This document shows, piece by piece, positions 63,474 to 64,000 of a DNA stretch of 64,000 nt (within the stretch, counting starts at the first letter, position 1; each line of letters starts with the position of its first letter). The position numbers and the translations under genes are program-made. The DNA comes from Paracoccaceae bacterium (GTDB lineage Bacteria > Pseudomonadota > Alphaproteobacteria > Rhodobacterales > Rhodobacteraceae), in the NCBI GenBank assembly GCA_045564975.1, contig JBJLGF010000034.1:123680-187679 (forward strand), in the 5' to 3' direction. Below the pieces are notes generated by a model. That model searched no databases and had not been told where the DNA came from. It saw nothing but the letters and a program-made list of their open reading frames with translations.

Positions 63474-63980
63474 ATGACTAATATTTTTCTATATGGAACA
63501 CTCTGCGACAGAGAACTCCTTGAGGTTTGTCTTGGCCGTTCGCTTGATAATGTCAACTTGGTAAGGGCAGAGCTTGAAAACCACTCGGTTTTTTGGGTTA
63601 AAAATAATAATTTTCCAGTTATAAAATTCAATCGGGGATCCTTTGCCAAGGGTCTTGCTGTTCTTGATCTGGAGGATCATGATTTAAATCGATTAGATTT
63701 TTATGAAGGTGGCTTTAATTATGAATTACGAAAGTCTTCTATTATATTGAATGATATAGATTATTTTTCAAAAAATAAAATAGAGGCTTACGTTTATTTT
63801 AATAATGATAAAGAAATCGAAATAGGGAAAGACTGGGATTTGGTCGAGTGGCAGCGTTGTTATGGCTTGATTTCAAGATTAGTGGCAAAAGAATATATGC
63901 CACTACGGCGTAGCTGCGGGGAAATTGATTTACTGGCTGAATATGAACAGATATATAACCGTTTATCTGAAAATTTATAA
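63474..63980 (+). CDS. Gamma-glutamylcyclotransferase-like protein (similar to TrgB N-terminal domain)
   Basis: IFLYGTL, RLDFYEGGFNY. Confidence 0.78.
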   Translation: MTNIFLYGTLCDRELLEVCLGRSLDNVNLVRAELENHSVFWVKNNNFPVIKFNRGSFAKGLAVLDLEDHDLNRLDFYEGGFNYELRKSSIILNDIDYFSKNKIEAYVYFNNDKEIEIGKDWDLVEWQRCYGLISRLVAKEYMPLRRSCGEIDLLAEYEQIYNRLSENL

Positions 63981-64000
63981 AACATATCTTTAAATTTTAG

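Overview
AT-rich, densely packed chromosomal segment of a marine Rhodobacteraceae (Roseobacter-group, apparently streamlined) alphaproteobacterium. About 60 CDSs are recognisable, mostly core genes: ligA-recG, hisI-trmFO-gluQ, bactofilin/M23 peptidase, queA, lpdA, split methionine-synthase/metF genes, a gamma-butyrobetaine/carnitine catabolic operon, amt, ispD/ispF, dusB-ntrBC-ntrYX-trkAH-hfq-hflX, rne, sspB with a two-piece permuted tmRNA, and photolyase plus a fatty-acid methyltransferase. I saw no mobile element, CRISPR array, rRNA or tRNA. The most notable locus is a terminator-bounded operon DUF2182(Met-rich)-DUF1326-dmdA-ccr-like (55451-59411). There, a divergent enoyl-CoA carboxylase/reductase with a Glu->Gln change in the CO2-binding pocket sits where acuI usually follows dmdA. 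Other leads: an uncalled 40-aa membrane peptide behind LexA-like boxes, paired operators around an internal ntrYX promoter, tandem NtrC-like sites, and an in-frame split of ispDF. Product calls come from remembered family motifs; no database search was run.
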